A stretch of 63,721 nt of DNA, the filler included, from Choristocarpus tenellus KU-1152 (Eukaryota; Protista; Phaeophyceae): the NCBI GenBank assembly GCA_964200185.2. It is 10 parts of 10 records of this genome, joined end to end, with 100 filler letters (N's around TTAATTAATTAA, not from the genome) between each part and the next. Parts side by side here need not be neighbours in the genome. Positions count along the whole stretch, not along the records: positions 37,472 to 41,831 come from CAXNAD020014923.1; positions 41,932 to 48,446 come from CAXNAD020007964.1; positions 48,547 to 51,162 come from CAXNAD020026243.1; 7 more parts are not named here. The stretch is one strand, 5' to 3'. Shown one piece after another: positions 37,500-50,613 of the stretch. The notes under the pieces were generated by a model that was not told the DNA's origin, searched no databases, and saw only the letters and a list, made by a program, of their open reading frames with translations. Numbering within the stretch: the first letter of the stretch is position 1; every line of letters begins with the position of its first letter. Both the position numbers and the translations under genes were made by a program.

Positions 37500-40400
37500 G
37501 TCGAATAACCTAGTGCTATCCTTACGTTATCTGTGCTGATCAAGTATATATTATAGGTTATATGTACGTTGATATTTTGACTCTAAACTCAAAAACGCTT
37601 CTCAAGAAAATTAATTCCTGTGCCACACTGCTAAGGACTATGTATTCACTCTCCGTTGAAGACAGAGCTACAACTCTTTGTGCCTTTGACATCCAAGATA
37701 TTGCTCCTCCTGCAAACACTATTGCTCCTCCAGTCACTGATCTACGATCATTCCAGTCTCCAGCATAACTAGCATCAGCATACACACTCAACTCACACTC
37801 AGTATCAAAACCACCAAAACTCAATCCAACATTGGGACATGCATTCAAATATGCTAAAATACATCTCACTGCACGCCAATGTGTGACTTTGGGATTGCTA
37901 CTGTACTTGGCAACTTCACAAACTGTATTTGCAATGTCAAACCTAGTCATAACAGATGCCCACATCAGACTATCAACTGCCTCTCTGTACGGTGTATTTT
38001 TTCATCAACACTTGGATGATTCTCACTCTTGTCTAGAATCCTTGAGAGATCATGGGGTACTGAACTCTTCTTTGCCTCATCCATACCAAATCTTTGACAA
38101 ACACTCTTAATGTACCTAGTCTGACTGATGGTGACAGTCTGTGCAGTTCTGTCACGTGAAATCTCACTACCCATACAATACTCAAGATCACCAAAATCTT
38201 CTATGGAAAACTGCTCCTCAATCCTAGAGCGAACCCAAATCAAACATCTATTTCACCAGCTACCAAAAGATCGTCTTCGTGGGGAGCTATCACAGCACAA
38301 ACAACGCCATCTCTTACATAGCGTAACACACAGGGATCTGCTCTGCAATGCTCAAACCACACTGTTCCAAAACGTGCACCAACAGATTATTAAACTCCCT
38401 GCTTGCCTGTTTGGTGCCATGAAGTGTTAGGCGCCCCTCAGCAGCTCACCTCCACAGGATGTATAGCTCCAATCCACGGTCTTATAGATGATACTGATGT
38501 AGCCATAGGACTCCTGATGCACAAGTCGTCAAGTACATACATGCTGGATCTCTCACTTGGATTATCGTAAAAATCATGGTATAAAAAGGGACTGATCAAC
38601 AATGTCGATCACAATCGAGGATCATAATGACCAAATAATAAATAAATAATCAAGAAGTACAAATATATCAAATCTCGAACTTCAATGTCATAATGGTGTT
38701 TATGAAACCGCCATCAAGACATATCGCCTGTGACAGAAGTGCCTTGACTAAACGCACAATCTTTCCAGACCATATACCACATCCATCACATAAATGAACC
38801 AAGATCTCTTCACTAATGTCTGCTTGGATAAAAGCTTGTTTCACATCCCAATGCTTCAATTCCCATTCTTTGTCTGCAGCTAATGCTAAAACCATTTTCA
38901 AAGATGCAGGAGACGGTGTTGGTGCAAAGTTATCTTGGTAATCTAAACCCTCAATCTGTCGAAAACCTTTTGCTACCAAACGTGCCTTGTATCTCACTAC
39001 CTCACCAACTTTGTTAGTCTTACGCTTGTGAATCCATTAAGTGTATGTTGCCCTGCGTCCAGGGGGTAATACGGCCTCCACCCAAACATTATTCAACAAC
39101 AAATCAGACACCTCTTCTACAATAGCTCGATCCCATAAATCACATTCGGGAGAGCTACGTGCTGCTCTTACAGTTTTGGGTTTTTGAGGGAGCTCATCCG
39201 CTAAAACTGTAATAGAATTATCACTCGCACACATCGCAAAGGTAGTCTCTATGGAAACAGACAAACAATATCAAACAATGGAACTCTTACAAAATAAAAC
39301 AGCAGAAAAATCAAAGAAGCTTGCACAATGGTGACCTCAGCATTCGGTCTCCACTTCCTGAACTCTCACCAATCTAGACCTTTATCCATAGCAATAAACG
39401 TCTCTCTCATATTCCCCGTGTCCTATCGATCAGTCCAGGAGATACTATTCTCAACACCCCCCAGCTCTTTAACTGAGAGTAGATACGATGTGTCCTGTAG
39501 TCCTCAGGAGATGTGAAGGGAAGTATGCAGATAACAAAAAATAAAACACCAGAACTATCTCGTCCTCATCCTTCAAGCAGAGCATTAGGATACAAGATTG
39601 CATGCTATATTCGGGGCAAATGCGACAGACACCAAAAGTAGCATGCACCCACTCATCGCGGTCAACATTGAATTTCCAATCAATCTTGCCATACCCCACA
39701 ATGGGTAGTGATGTGTCGTCAGCCACAGTCATTTTGCAGTCTGATGGACATGTGGTGAAGTCGTAAATGTATTTTGGGTCTTTCGTCACATTATTGGAAG
39801 TCCCTGAATCAAAACACCATGTTTCGAAAGTGTTCGTTCTCACCTTGCCATTTTCAGTCACAGCGACTAAAACATGGTCTTTAAACTCCCTTCCTATCCT
39901 AGCCAGTTCCTCTGATCCAGCTAGTTCTTCCGTCGACTTTAGCAGATTCGCCCTCTGGCGATATGAACTTCCCACCGACTTTGCTGGTTCCATCCTCCTC
40001 TGAGGGCAAACAGCTTGCTGGTGGCCTCTGCTCCCGCAGCTGTAGCACAGTCCTTTATATGTGCAAGGACCTGTGTTTTACCAATCCGCACCTTGTGCAT
40101 ATTTATCTGGCCTTGGTCAGCCCCCTGGTACGGGATCCTGTCGTCCCAGGGTGTGTACGACGAGCAGTCGTACCTTGGTTGCCTCCTCGGCTAACCTTTA
40201 GCTGGGTCTGGGCGGACAGAGCGCTCCCTGGCTCTCCGCGATCAGCTGCTTCGCGTTGGAGAGAGAAGTAGCGCGAACGAGCAGCTTGCTGTATCGTGGC
40301 TTTCGAAGGTTCAATTTTGTGGTGATGTTGAAGGTAGTGTTTGGTAATTTGATAACCATCATCCAAACAATCTAACACGGCGATTTCTAGGACCTGCTCG

Positions 40401-40867
40401 GACATCACATGCCCCATCATCGCCATCTGGCCAACCCAGTCCAACATCATTGTAAAAGTGATTTGGGCGTCTGACCCCCGAGGCATTTTGACAGTCATTA
40501 CTTTCCTTTGGAGTCTGGCTATTTCCTCATCTGACTGAATAAGGAAGTGTTCACGTAGCTCTTTCCAGGCTCCTGAAGGTGAGGCTGCATTACGGACAAT
40601 ACACCTGTAGATCCCACTGGTTCTCCTTAGCAGGACGTCATAAGCCTTCTTGGCCTTGGTGACCTCTTCTTCACTGACATTTTCTCCCTTAGTGGATTCA
40701 ATGTCCCACTCTGATGGGTTCCCTTCTATGCTCCAATGCCTCATCAATATCCCCCTTCGCCCCCAAAAATGCACGGGTTGTAGCGAACCTGTCTGCATAG
40801 TTGTCATCCGTGAGCTGAAGGAGTTTGTTGTGGATCCCATCTGAGGCCATGAGTGATGTAATACCAA
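37500..40867 (-). mobile_element. Degenerate Ty1/copia LTR retrotransposon (gag, protease, RT, RNase H; integrase apparently deleted)
   Basis: gag SPSGAWKELREHF/AVLDCLDDGY; protease WCFDSGTSNNVT; RT RYKARLVAKGFRQIEGLDY, WDVKQAF, TRFDIANTV; RNase H YADASYAGDWNDRRSVTG, VALSSTESEY. Flanking LTRs not identified. Confidence 0.93.
38425..38735. mobile_element. Solo LTR (311 bp) nested in the copia RT, GAAG TSD
   Basis: GAAG|TGTTAG...TGACA|GAAG; removing it plus one TSD restores RT ...RLVKALHGTKQASREFN. Confidence 0.88.
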
Positions 40868-41049
40868 CTCAAACCAAACCAGTCCGGCTGCGCCTCCCCT
40901 AGCTAGAGTTTGGATTAGGCGCTTAAGCGTGTTGAGAAGCTTGACACATGTAAGGCTCGTCGCCGAAAGCTAGAAGTTGAATTACATGGTAAAACGTACA
41001 CTGAAATATTTAATGTCCGCACGACCACATTACTGTTATAGTGTTCTTA

Positions 41050-41831
41050 CGTTTAGGACATTTTGTTTCTTTAGGGCTAATAACGACACACATATCTATA
41101 GTTTTCATTGGTTTCCCCCGTGAATAATCTGCAAAATGTCAGAGGGCATAATAAAAAAATATATTACTGCTATTGTCCCACTATACCACTTGTAATGTCC
41201 CATTGGCCCACCATAACGTACCGCTGTGTACGTCACTACTTTGTACCGAACTAAAGATCAACGTACATAAAACCTACCTATAATATATACTAGGGTGCAA
41301 CAATGGGTCTCTCCGCCTAGAGACCCACCAACAAGTACAGGCACAGATGCCTACAAGTGCGGGGGGTCTGGGCCTCTCTTCTATGAAACACCTTCAACAT
41401 GCGGCTTTCGTAGGATCACTGGTGGCTACTCTCCCCACGCTCCTAGCAAGGCAGCAAGGGCCTCATGTCGAGCCCTTCTCACAAGCTGTATGTACAAGCC
41501 CTACAATACAGGCTTTAGGATTGTCCATACACACCCTCCTTTCTACAGAGATCCCCTCTGAAAACCTTGCTGAAATCATTGGCCAAGATTGGGTAACCTG
41601 GGGGGGAACAGCACCCCTTGCACCTTTCCCAGAAGTCCACATCCTAGCAGCTCATGACGCCAGGATCACAAGGAGGGCTCAACACGAGATCACACGCCTT
41701 CTCAACAAGATCCGTTTTGACTCCTTCAGGACACAACTGGCCGACCTTCCAAACGAGGCACACCAAGGGAGGGAAAGCTCTTCATTAGCCCTAGCGCGCC
41801 ACCGGAGCCAGTGTGGACAAGGGGCAAACGC
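41050..41831 (+). mobile_element. CRE/R2-like LINE pieces: a 3' UTR end (41050-41160) and a post-RT coding fragment (41290-41831)
   Basis: PTSAGGLGLSSMKHLQHAAFVGSL...LPNEAHQGRESSSLALARHRSQCGQGAN matches the 27.1 kb copy; UTR ends ATCTGCAAAATGTCAGAGGGCATAATAAAA. Confidence 0.8.
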
Positions 41832-43505
41832 NNNNNNNNNNNNNNNNNNNNNNNNNNNNNNNNNNNNNNNNNNNNTTAATTAATTAANNNNNNNNNNNNN
41901 NNNNNNNNNNNNNNNNNNNNNNNNNNNNNNNTTTTTCCCCTCCCCCCCCCCCCCCCTATCTTGTGTTCTGCATAGGTGCATGCATCCTGCTTCCAGTAGC
42001 ATTTCTCAAGGGGGAAGTTGAGGTTTTTATGAAAAATGAATCGCTGCATACTCTGAATTTTGCCTTGTTGAACACCTTTGCTGGTGAGCATTTTTTTAAT
42101 GATTTTTTTTGGTAGAGAATCTCCACACACATAATGAGCACAACACACACATAACGTACACATACGTCCGGTTTGTTCTGCTCCTTTTTGTTTTATGTTT
42201 ATATGTCTGATTGTTTCATTTATTGTTTTTTGTGATTTCTTCTAGTTAGGGTTAGGGTTAGGGTTAGGATGAGAGTCTGTCCTTCGATTGAGTAAGCCTG
42301 TTGTCTATCTGTGTACTTCATTTGAAAGAGGGGTTTCCATTCCACGTGGTGATGTTGAATGTGACCTCGGCTGCAGCTAGGCCTCTTGTGGAGTTGTCAA
42401 GTTGTTAAAACATCTTAGTTTTTCTTTTAGCAAACTTAAACTAAGAGACTTTGTTTGTGTCATACCTCATTACTTCTAAGCACGTTGTGCATCTCTTGTG
42501 TTTTATAGCACTTAATTTGTTGGAAGTAAATGAATGAATAACTATCATCATGATGCTCTTGTTTCTAACCCATTTTCTTTGTTAAGTGGCTTATGAGTAA
42601 GTAATTGTCTTGGCTTCTGACACATTGATATGTAGGCTATGATTGTGAGTTTATCTCCTCCCTCTTGTACTCCCCTCACTACAACTAGAACTGTCCTTGT
42701 TATACACAATCTTCTAGAAATGTCCTCACTGTACATGGTCTACTAGCTTGTGGTGTCGACCATGTGTACGGAATATGATTTGTCTAACGGAGAGAAAGTG
42801 TTTTAGTCAAGTCATGTCATTTCAGATTAATCTGTCTGAGGTGGAAGGTGATATTTTGATTTTTTTTCTTTTTCTAGTATAATTTCACTCTTCTTGACAG
42901 TTCTCGACATTTCTTGACCAGGTCAGCTCTATGTGTGTCGGTTTTTTTCTTTTTTCTTTTTTCCGGCATAAGAAATTGTATACACTCAATGAAAGCGTCG
43001 CCATATTTCAATTTGATCTTTTTCTCAATACCCTCTATTTTTTCCAGCATTGGTGTTGATGTTGACATTGGGAGTGGCCTTTTCCTAACCCTAATCGAAT
43101 GCACCATTTTCTTTATTTGAATTTTATTTCATCCCCACTGACTGTGGCAAAAAAATGTCCTGCACAAGTGTCTAAAAATAAAATAAAATTCAATACGTAT
43201 GTTAGGAAGACTGTTTGAACCACAAAATCAATCTAAACTACTGTTGTGAAAAACAACTTCATACAACCATTCAAAACCACTTGAAACTATTAAATTCAAC
43301 TATTTGCAATAATCTACAACTCCCACAGCTGTTTCTGAAGGAGTACTGGTGTTGTCTTGTCAGTTGTGCGAGAATATTGTAGCTTTCCATTGCTCCCCTC
43401 CTCCCTCTAACCCCCCCATCATGTCTACCATGCCATGGTCATTTTGCTCTCACTCAAGCTCTTTTTCTACTTGCTGTTGATAATAAAAATATGTTTGTGA
43501 TGCAG

Positions 43506-45396
43506 GTGGCGTTGGTTTTTTTCTCAATTTTGCTGCTCTATGGTGTGTAGCCTCCACTTCTGCAACTACTTATGCCGTGGTGAACACTGTGAACAATGTG
43601 AGTCTGCTCTGACGTCTGCTGCCCCATGGGTATGCTAGGCAATATGGGTATGGTAGGGTTAGGGTTAGTGTAGAGGGGAGGGGGGAGGGGGGAGGGGAGG
43701 AGTGACCTGAATGGTACATCCAATCTTTGTTACGGGTATGTTCTGGTGTTAATAGGAGAAAGCGAAGCTAACATCAAATCTAAGAAATTACGGTATTGTT
43801 GTTGTTACTGTTATTATTATTATTATTGTTATTTTTGTTAATGTTACTGTAAGGGATAAATGAGTACTGAACCGAGCTATGTAAACTTTTTACTTGATAC
43901 AGGTCTATCTCACAACTGATCGCCTATTGTAGACTGAAGACCGGTGTTAGAGGTGATATTATTGGATCTTTTTTGTTAACAAGGATCGGCAGTTAATGAA
44001 TTTAGTGGTGTAGTGCAAGGCATAAGAGGGAGACTAGACATGTTTGTTGACAAGAGTCCCAGTGCGTGACATACTGTTGGTATGGCTTTTTCAACCCATC
44101 CCTTGACTACTGTGTTAGGACACAAACACACTCATACACACACATGCATACATACACTGTTGATATTAATACACACATGTGATTGGATATTTTGTTTTCC
44201 TCTTTTTGTTGTAACTGACGGCGTTGCTATATATTGTGTTGGATGTTTGTTGCCTTTGGTGGTAACAATGGAGAAGTTCCCGCTGGCAATTATTGGTGCT
44301 CTTGTCTTTCGAAGCAAGATACCAACCAGTCAGTGGACCTACATTGTGTTGAACATGTTTGGTGGGATGATTTACTGCTACGCCAAGATCAAGGTGAGTC
44401 ACTTCACTAGCTCTATATGTAATAGTATTAATATTAGTATCAGTAACAATATTGATGCTATAGGAAGGAACAGTGGAAGGTGGCGGGTTTGTTTGGTTGA
44501 TGCTGGAGGGGAGTATAGGAGTATTCTGTTCTCTTCATTGTGCATGTAGAGTACATGCTTGTTTAGGGTTAGGATTAGTGTTAGTGTTAGATGATTGATA
44601 CTGTTTCTTACTTCGATTATTATTTATATTATTAGTAACAGTATTTTGTTTGGTGTTAGCAGGGGGGTTGAAGAGGAGGAGACTTGAGTTGAGGAATGTT
44701 TGGAACGATAGTATCACTCCCCTCTCATTTTCGTACCCTACCCCACACCTATAGTTTTCTACTCTCTTTATATTTATGTACCAGTTTTTATGTTTGTATT
44801 ACATTAAACGTTAATTAAGAACCTTATCAGGCACAGAGCAAGGGGGAAAACAAGATGTATGTTAATGTCTTAAGAAGAGAACAATGTTGAAGAGTGAATG
44901 ACATTTTTTCACTCCACACAGCTCACTCGCCACCCTTCTGACACACAAGGGAAAAATATGCTGTCTGTATGGAAAGGGTTATTTTCTTGCTCTCTTCTCA
45001 GAGATGGTTGTGAGGGTTAGGATTAGGGGCTGGGAGGTTGGGACCTTCAATTCAGGACTGTCCAACTTGCTATTTCAGTGAAGGAATGCAAATGAAAAGA
45101 AGTCTCTTGTATGAATGGGGAATAGAAAGAGTTTCCCAATACAGATGATGGTTGCATTTCATTTTATTTTTCTTTTGATTTATGATTTTTGGTTCGTCAA
45201 CCCTCTCCCTTAATTAAAGTTCCTTGCTGGCCTATTACAATGTACTATGTTTGTCTATTTGGTGCAGGAGAAGAAAAATGCTAAGGCTAAAGGCGGAGAA
45301 GTGAAAGTGATCCCGACTGAAAGAACATTGGACAAGGAAGAGTCAGCAATACCTTTAATGACAATGGAGAAACGTGTAGAGACAGGCTTGATTTAG
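43506..45396 (+). CDS. Nucleotide-sugar transporter (GDP-sugar transporter-like, DMT/TPT family), last three exons 43506-43597, 44277(or 44274)-44393, 45268-45396
   Basis: GVGFFLNFAALWCVASTSATTYAVVNTVNN-FPLAIIGALVFRSKIPTSQWTYIVLNMFGGMIYCYAKIK-EKKNAK...GLI*; WC..TSATTY.VV and GG.IY.YAK match VRG4/GONST-type C-termini. Confidence 0.85.
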
Positions 45397-46507
45397 AGTC
45401 AACTGTGTGTGTGTGTGTGCATTTAGGGAGGAAGAACAATTTTGATAAGAATTTTACCTTCATTAGTGTGGTATGTTGTTCAAGATTTTTCTTTTTTTTC
45501 TGATTGTTTGGTGTTTTTTTATTATTCAAAACAAATAACGTTTTTGACAGAAGAAATGTTTAGGTAGTGTTAGAATGATTCACCCACTAAAGTCAGATTT
45601 CATGTGCAAGAATACCTCGGTTGTAGTGTTCCTTCCATCCATATGGAATTGAAATCGCTACAAGTTTTTTTTGTCTTTCCATGCTGCTTTCATTAAACAT
45701 ACATCCTAGTAGAACAAATTGGGGCATTTTTGACTGGGACAAATTCCTGTGATTTGATTTTGTTGCAAGTGGAAATGGGGGTACAGTTCGACAGTGTGAA
45801 TGTTTAGGGTGCAAGGTACAGTCAAAATATGACCAGTGATACCTTGCATGATGATAGGGTATTTGACCACTACTACTGACTAAAGTATGAAGTTGTTTCA
45901 ATTGAACATCCTTCTAGGTTCATTTCTTACATACATGTGGATACAACATTCAAGTACATTTTTTTATGTTTTTCTGAACACTGTGTATCACTGTTGTTTT
46001 TGTTGTCTCTAATATTTCTTTATACATCCACCCTTTGCTTACACTGCTTAGTGCAAAATATTTAAAGAGTCTCAGTAGTCATGAACCGTGCTTGGACAGA
46101 AGATGGAGGCACACAGTGTGTTGACAGCAAACTTACGTGTCAATAAGAAATGGAAAGCCCTTCAGGACGGAGAAACACACATGCATACCACATTTAACTC
46201 TTCTACTACATGGGGAAGTATTAATTAATAATAGTACCATTAAACAAACATGACAACGAGGCCAAACAAACACATTGAACAATGTGATACTCATTCATCA
46301 TTTATAAGAAATACCATGCCGCACAACTAATGCCACCACCTGTCTGTTTGCCACGAAAACACATCCCACATTTGGATATTCGGAGTCAATACTCTTTCCT
46401 CATGAAATCTATCTATTAATCACTCCATGGCACATAACCACTGACATGTACCCCTTTACTTCATCACATAGCACATCAATAAACCAATGCCCACTCATAT
46501 AGCAAAT

Positions 46508-48244
46508 TCAGGATAGTCGCCCCTTCTTACTAGGAGGAAGGTCAGACCTACCGTCATCGACTGGCCTGGTCACATTTGTCTGAGGTGTGGCAGAGGTTGT
46601 AGGCACATCTACCAACAGAGGCAAAGAGACACAAGCAGCAGTTGCTCCATTTGTAGAATCAGCACTTGCTCCTGGCTCAAACGTGTTCACATCATCATTA
46701 GGTGATGACTTGGGGAGACCACAGGCATCTGCTTGCACCTTTTGGTTCACCCCAGCTCCACCATATGAAGTGGAGGGCATACCTGGGCTCTCCTGAGATG
46801 TAGATGTTGAGGACGGGATAGAACTGGCGGGGTCCACTTCAGAAGCTCCAGGGGTAGTCGCATCTTCTCCAGTTGAAGTTGGCAATGCGTTGCAATCAAC
46901 TCTTTCAAAAACCATCACTAACTCCATGTGACGAGTGTGGGGGAACATATCCACAGGTATCGCCTTTACAGTAAACATACGGGGGGGTTAGATTGGGATA
47001 AGAGATGGGATACTGAGGATTGTAGACGAACAAACAAAGATACTTACTCTTGAAGTAGTAAGTAGCAATAAACTGTCAACATCTACAATTTATTATGGTC
47101 ACGTTACTAGCATCTAGTTAGGTTGTAGGAGGAGAAATGAGCTGTAGGTACTGTGTGTATCATCTATTACCACCCAAAGCACAGAAGAAGGGTTAGGGTC
47201 AGAACTTTTAATATCGGAAATAATAAACATGAGTTCTCCAATTATTGTAGTAGAAAAATAAAATGCATGAAGTATACTGATACATGAATGATCTAATCCA
47301 ATGCGGTATTAATAAAACAAAAAGGGGTGTATTTGTGGTATGGTACAAAATCTTGGGGGGGCACGAATCCTCTTTATCCCTTGGAAATGGCGATAATTTG
47401 ATGACATTGCAGACCTCTTCTACCAAACCGATTTCTGGGGAGGTAGACACACCATAAAATAGAAAAGTGTTGTTGGTTGTTGTGCAACATTAAAACGTTG
47501 TCTTGAACAAACAACCCATTTCTTCCAACAGAGTAGACAGCTACATTCTATCACCAACTATGCCAACCACATCCTGTTACACAGCATGTTTGTTATCCAC
47601 TGGCAGGTGTGGAGGTGCTATGCAATGTCCTTGGATGTCTACGTGAGGTAGTAGTCCCACCCAATGAGTGCTTCACTCCAAAAAAGATATAATCAACAGA
47701 GATACTTGGAACTTGCTACAATGAAGACCAAAACTGTACTGTAGCCCAAAGACGGCCAAAGAGGAAACAGGATAGTAACAAATAAAAAAAATGAGGTGAA
47801 GCCTTGATTTTACAATGAACTTTCAGATCGTGTGGGTCGAGATGGCAATAATCGTTCACCTCCATGATCATGCTTGGAAATCCCATGGGTGCACACTCTG
47901 AGATGAATAGATCAACTCAGAGAGTTCCGAACCACGGAGAGGAATGGGATAAAAAAAAATGAAGCACGAGGTATGGGCGAGAATGACTACGAACAGCAGC
48001 AAGTTGTCACACAAAATAAAAAAGAGATTATACTGCATTGGAAGTAAAGTTTGAGGCCAGAAACAACAATTGTGATACAGTCAATGCTTATGTAGGGACA
48101 CCAGCACAACACAACAACATATGCCTTCATCTACATTACCTTGACAGGCCGGAAGGGAAGACCAACGGTTTTCTTGGAACATGGTGAGCAGAGCAGCACT
48201 GCATCATTCACCAAAGACTTGGTTGGGTTGCAGGACACATATAC
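46508..48244 (-). CDS. TRMT2A: TrmA/RlmD-family RNA (uracil-5-)-methyltransferase, last two exons 48244-48140 and 46963-46508
   Basis: VYVSCNPTKSLVNDAVLLC...PFRPVK-AIPVDMFPHTRHMELVMVFER: catalytic SCNP and DMFPHT.H.E motifs; phase-0 GT-AG join. Confidence 0.9.
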
Positions 48245-48637
48245 CTGCAAGTTCAGGGTACGCATGAAGCACATTTACTTTCACTTAGTGTACATCCAAA
48301 TAAATTGTATCCACACTGGATGGTCGACATCTTGATATCTGAGCATTGACTGACTGGGTGTAGGTAGTAAGAACGATTCACTTGTTCTTTTGCGTCTCCC
48401 CAACGATGGGGGGGGGGCTCTTAACCCCTCTTGCAAACCTTCACATNNNNNNNNNNNNNNNNNNNNNNNNNNNNNNNNNNNNNNNNNNNNTTAATTAATT
48501 AANNNNNNNNNNNNNNNNNNNNNNNNNNNNNNNNNNNNNNNNNNNNGTCAAACCCATCCTCAATGAAAAGCTCCATCCTCAATTTTTGAAATCTGCTGTT
48601 AAATGTAGATTGCAGTATTGAGAGACAAACAACTCGT

Positions 48638-48816
48638 GACCCAAAGTATCTGGGAGGTGAGGGGGGGGCTACACTAGGTAGGGTGTCCATTTGGGCCAAA
48701 ATAAGGAAAAGTGCATTTGCAGTAACCATCCGATGTATGCAACCAAATCACCAAAAAATCACGACATGAAAAATTGACCCCAAATGGACAGCCGCCACCC
48801 CCAGATACTTTGAGTC
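48638..48816. mobile_element. MITE family A, complete copy
   Basis: GACCCAAAGTATCTGGG ... CCCCAGATACTTTGAGTC; flanks TCGT/TGGT. Confidence 0.85.
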
Positions 48817-48889
48817 TGGTATGCTGTGTACTGCTGGTCTTGACCAGGTTTGTGCCTTTGTTTTATATCTTTCTTAACTTTAGATACGG

Positions 48890-49065
48890 CTTTTTTGGAA
48901 ACCCGTCTGTCAAGTAGTGAAAAAAATGCAAGTTTGCTTGATATAGGAGAGAATTGGCAGGGAAATCCCGAAATCTCTTAGTCTGAAAAGTCGTGACAAG
49001 ACAATTTAACCTCTTTTATATCCCGTTTTCTCTTATATCGACCTCTCATATAGGTACACTCCCTG
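48890..49065 (-). mobile_element. Isolated 5' end of the pogo/Tigger-like element
   Basis: Reverse complement of 15800-15975; ends ATAGGTACACTCCCTG|TA. Confidence 0.8.
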
Positions 49066-49543
49066 TATTCTATATTTCATAATCGAGGGTAAGCTTTCCC
49101 CGTTTAGACAGGGGCCAGTAATGAGCCAAACAAATTGGGAGGTAGGCAGGTTTGAACACATTAGTATTCTAAGCCATATCTCTTAACCTGTGCAATGCAC
49201 TCTATTTCATTACTTTATGTGCACAATAGTGTACACAAAATTGGTATTACCTTTCCACACACAAAGTGGCACCATAATTCAGCAAAGACTCTTTCAACAA
49301 TGGTACAAAATTGAGTTTTTTCCCTTTCTTGGGGTCCTTAGAATGCAACCCCGCCTACCTCTCAGTTGGTTTTACTCAATATTCAATTTTACAGTTATAT
49401 TAGTCAGAAAAGAACAGCACTCTTGTTACAGGCAAATAGCGCAAGTATTTCTTCACGCTCTCTAAGCAGTGCAAGCAGTGCACACGTGTGTGGGACCCCA
49501 ATAGGGGGAACTCCGATTTGCTAAAGGTTGCAGGGTAAGATCT

Positions 49544-50613
49544 GAGTGAAAGTATCTTAGGGTGTACGAGTTTTGCCCTGTTTGTACATTTGGGGCTTGG
49601 CTTCCCATGATTTTTTTAAATTATATTTTCCTACTCCAAAATGTTTCGGAGTAGGCAAAATGTATACGTTATGAAATGGATTTTGGTCCCCAAACGGACG
49701 GGGCTCTAACCTCTAAGATACTTCGACTATTTACAATATACTATGTGCTGCTTTTCCAACCATCACCTACATCCCTATCCTCCAAATTTCTACCTTCATA
49801 GGGATTCAGGGATTTCTTACTATACAGGACTCCATGGAGGACCGAGCACATCAACTCAAGCACAAAGGCAAGTCAAAGTATCTTGGAGGGTACAGTCGCG
49901 TCCGTTTGGCGACCAAAATCTAATGTTGAAATTTGATGTAATTTTGGCTATCGTGTTTGTTAGGAAGTGTCAATATCCTTGTTCCAGACGCACCTTTTCA
50001 TAACATACACATTTTACCTCCTCCGAAATATTTCGGAGTAGGTAAATAAAGACCCGTGGGAAGCCACGCCCCAAATGGACAGACAGGGCAAAATTCCTAT
50101 CCTCTAAGATACTTTCACTCAGGTGCAGTCAAAATTAGGCTCAATGTCAGCTCTACAGAGAAAATGCATCATTTCCTGACCATGATGACAACATGGACTT
50201 ATATCACAAACAAACACCATCGTTCACGAGGTCTACAGGGATGACAACAATGCTGTCACGATGATGATAACAGCGACAACCGTGATGCTGATGATTATTA
50301 TGGTGCATAGGGTGGGAACAATGCCAGAAGGAGAGCCAAAAACGGAGTGGTGGAGAGTGAAAGTATCTTAGAGGGTACGAGTTTTTCCCTGTTTATCCAT
50401 TCAAGGCTTGGCTTCCCACGGGTATTTAATGATATTTTACCCACTCCAAAATATCTCGGAATAGGTAAAATGTATACGTTATGAAAAGGTGTGTCCGAAA
50501 CAAGGATATCGACATCTCCAAACAACCACAATAGCCAAAATTACATCAAAATTGCAACATTGGATTTTGCCCCCCAAATGGACGCGGCTCTACCCTCTAA
50601 GACACTCTGACTC
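49544..50613. mobile_element. Three MITE family B copies in alternating orientation
   Basis: 49544-49729 (internally deleted), 49870-50120 (inverted), 50355-50613; TIRs read directly. Confidence 0.85.
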
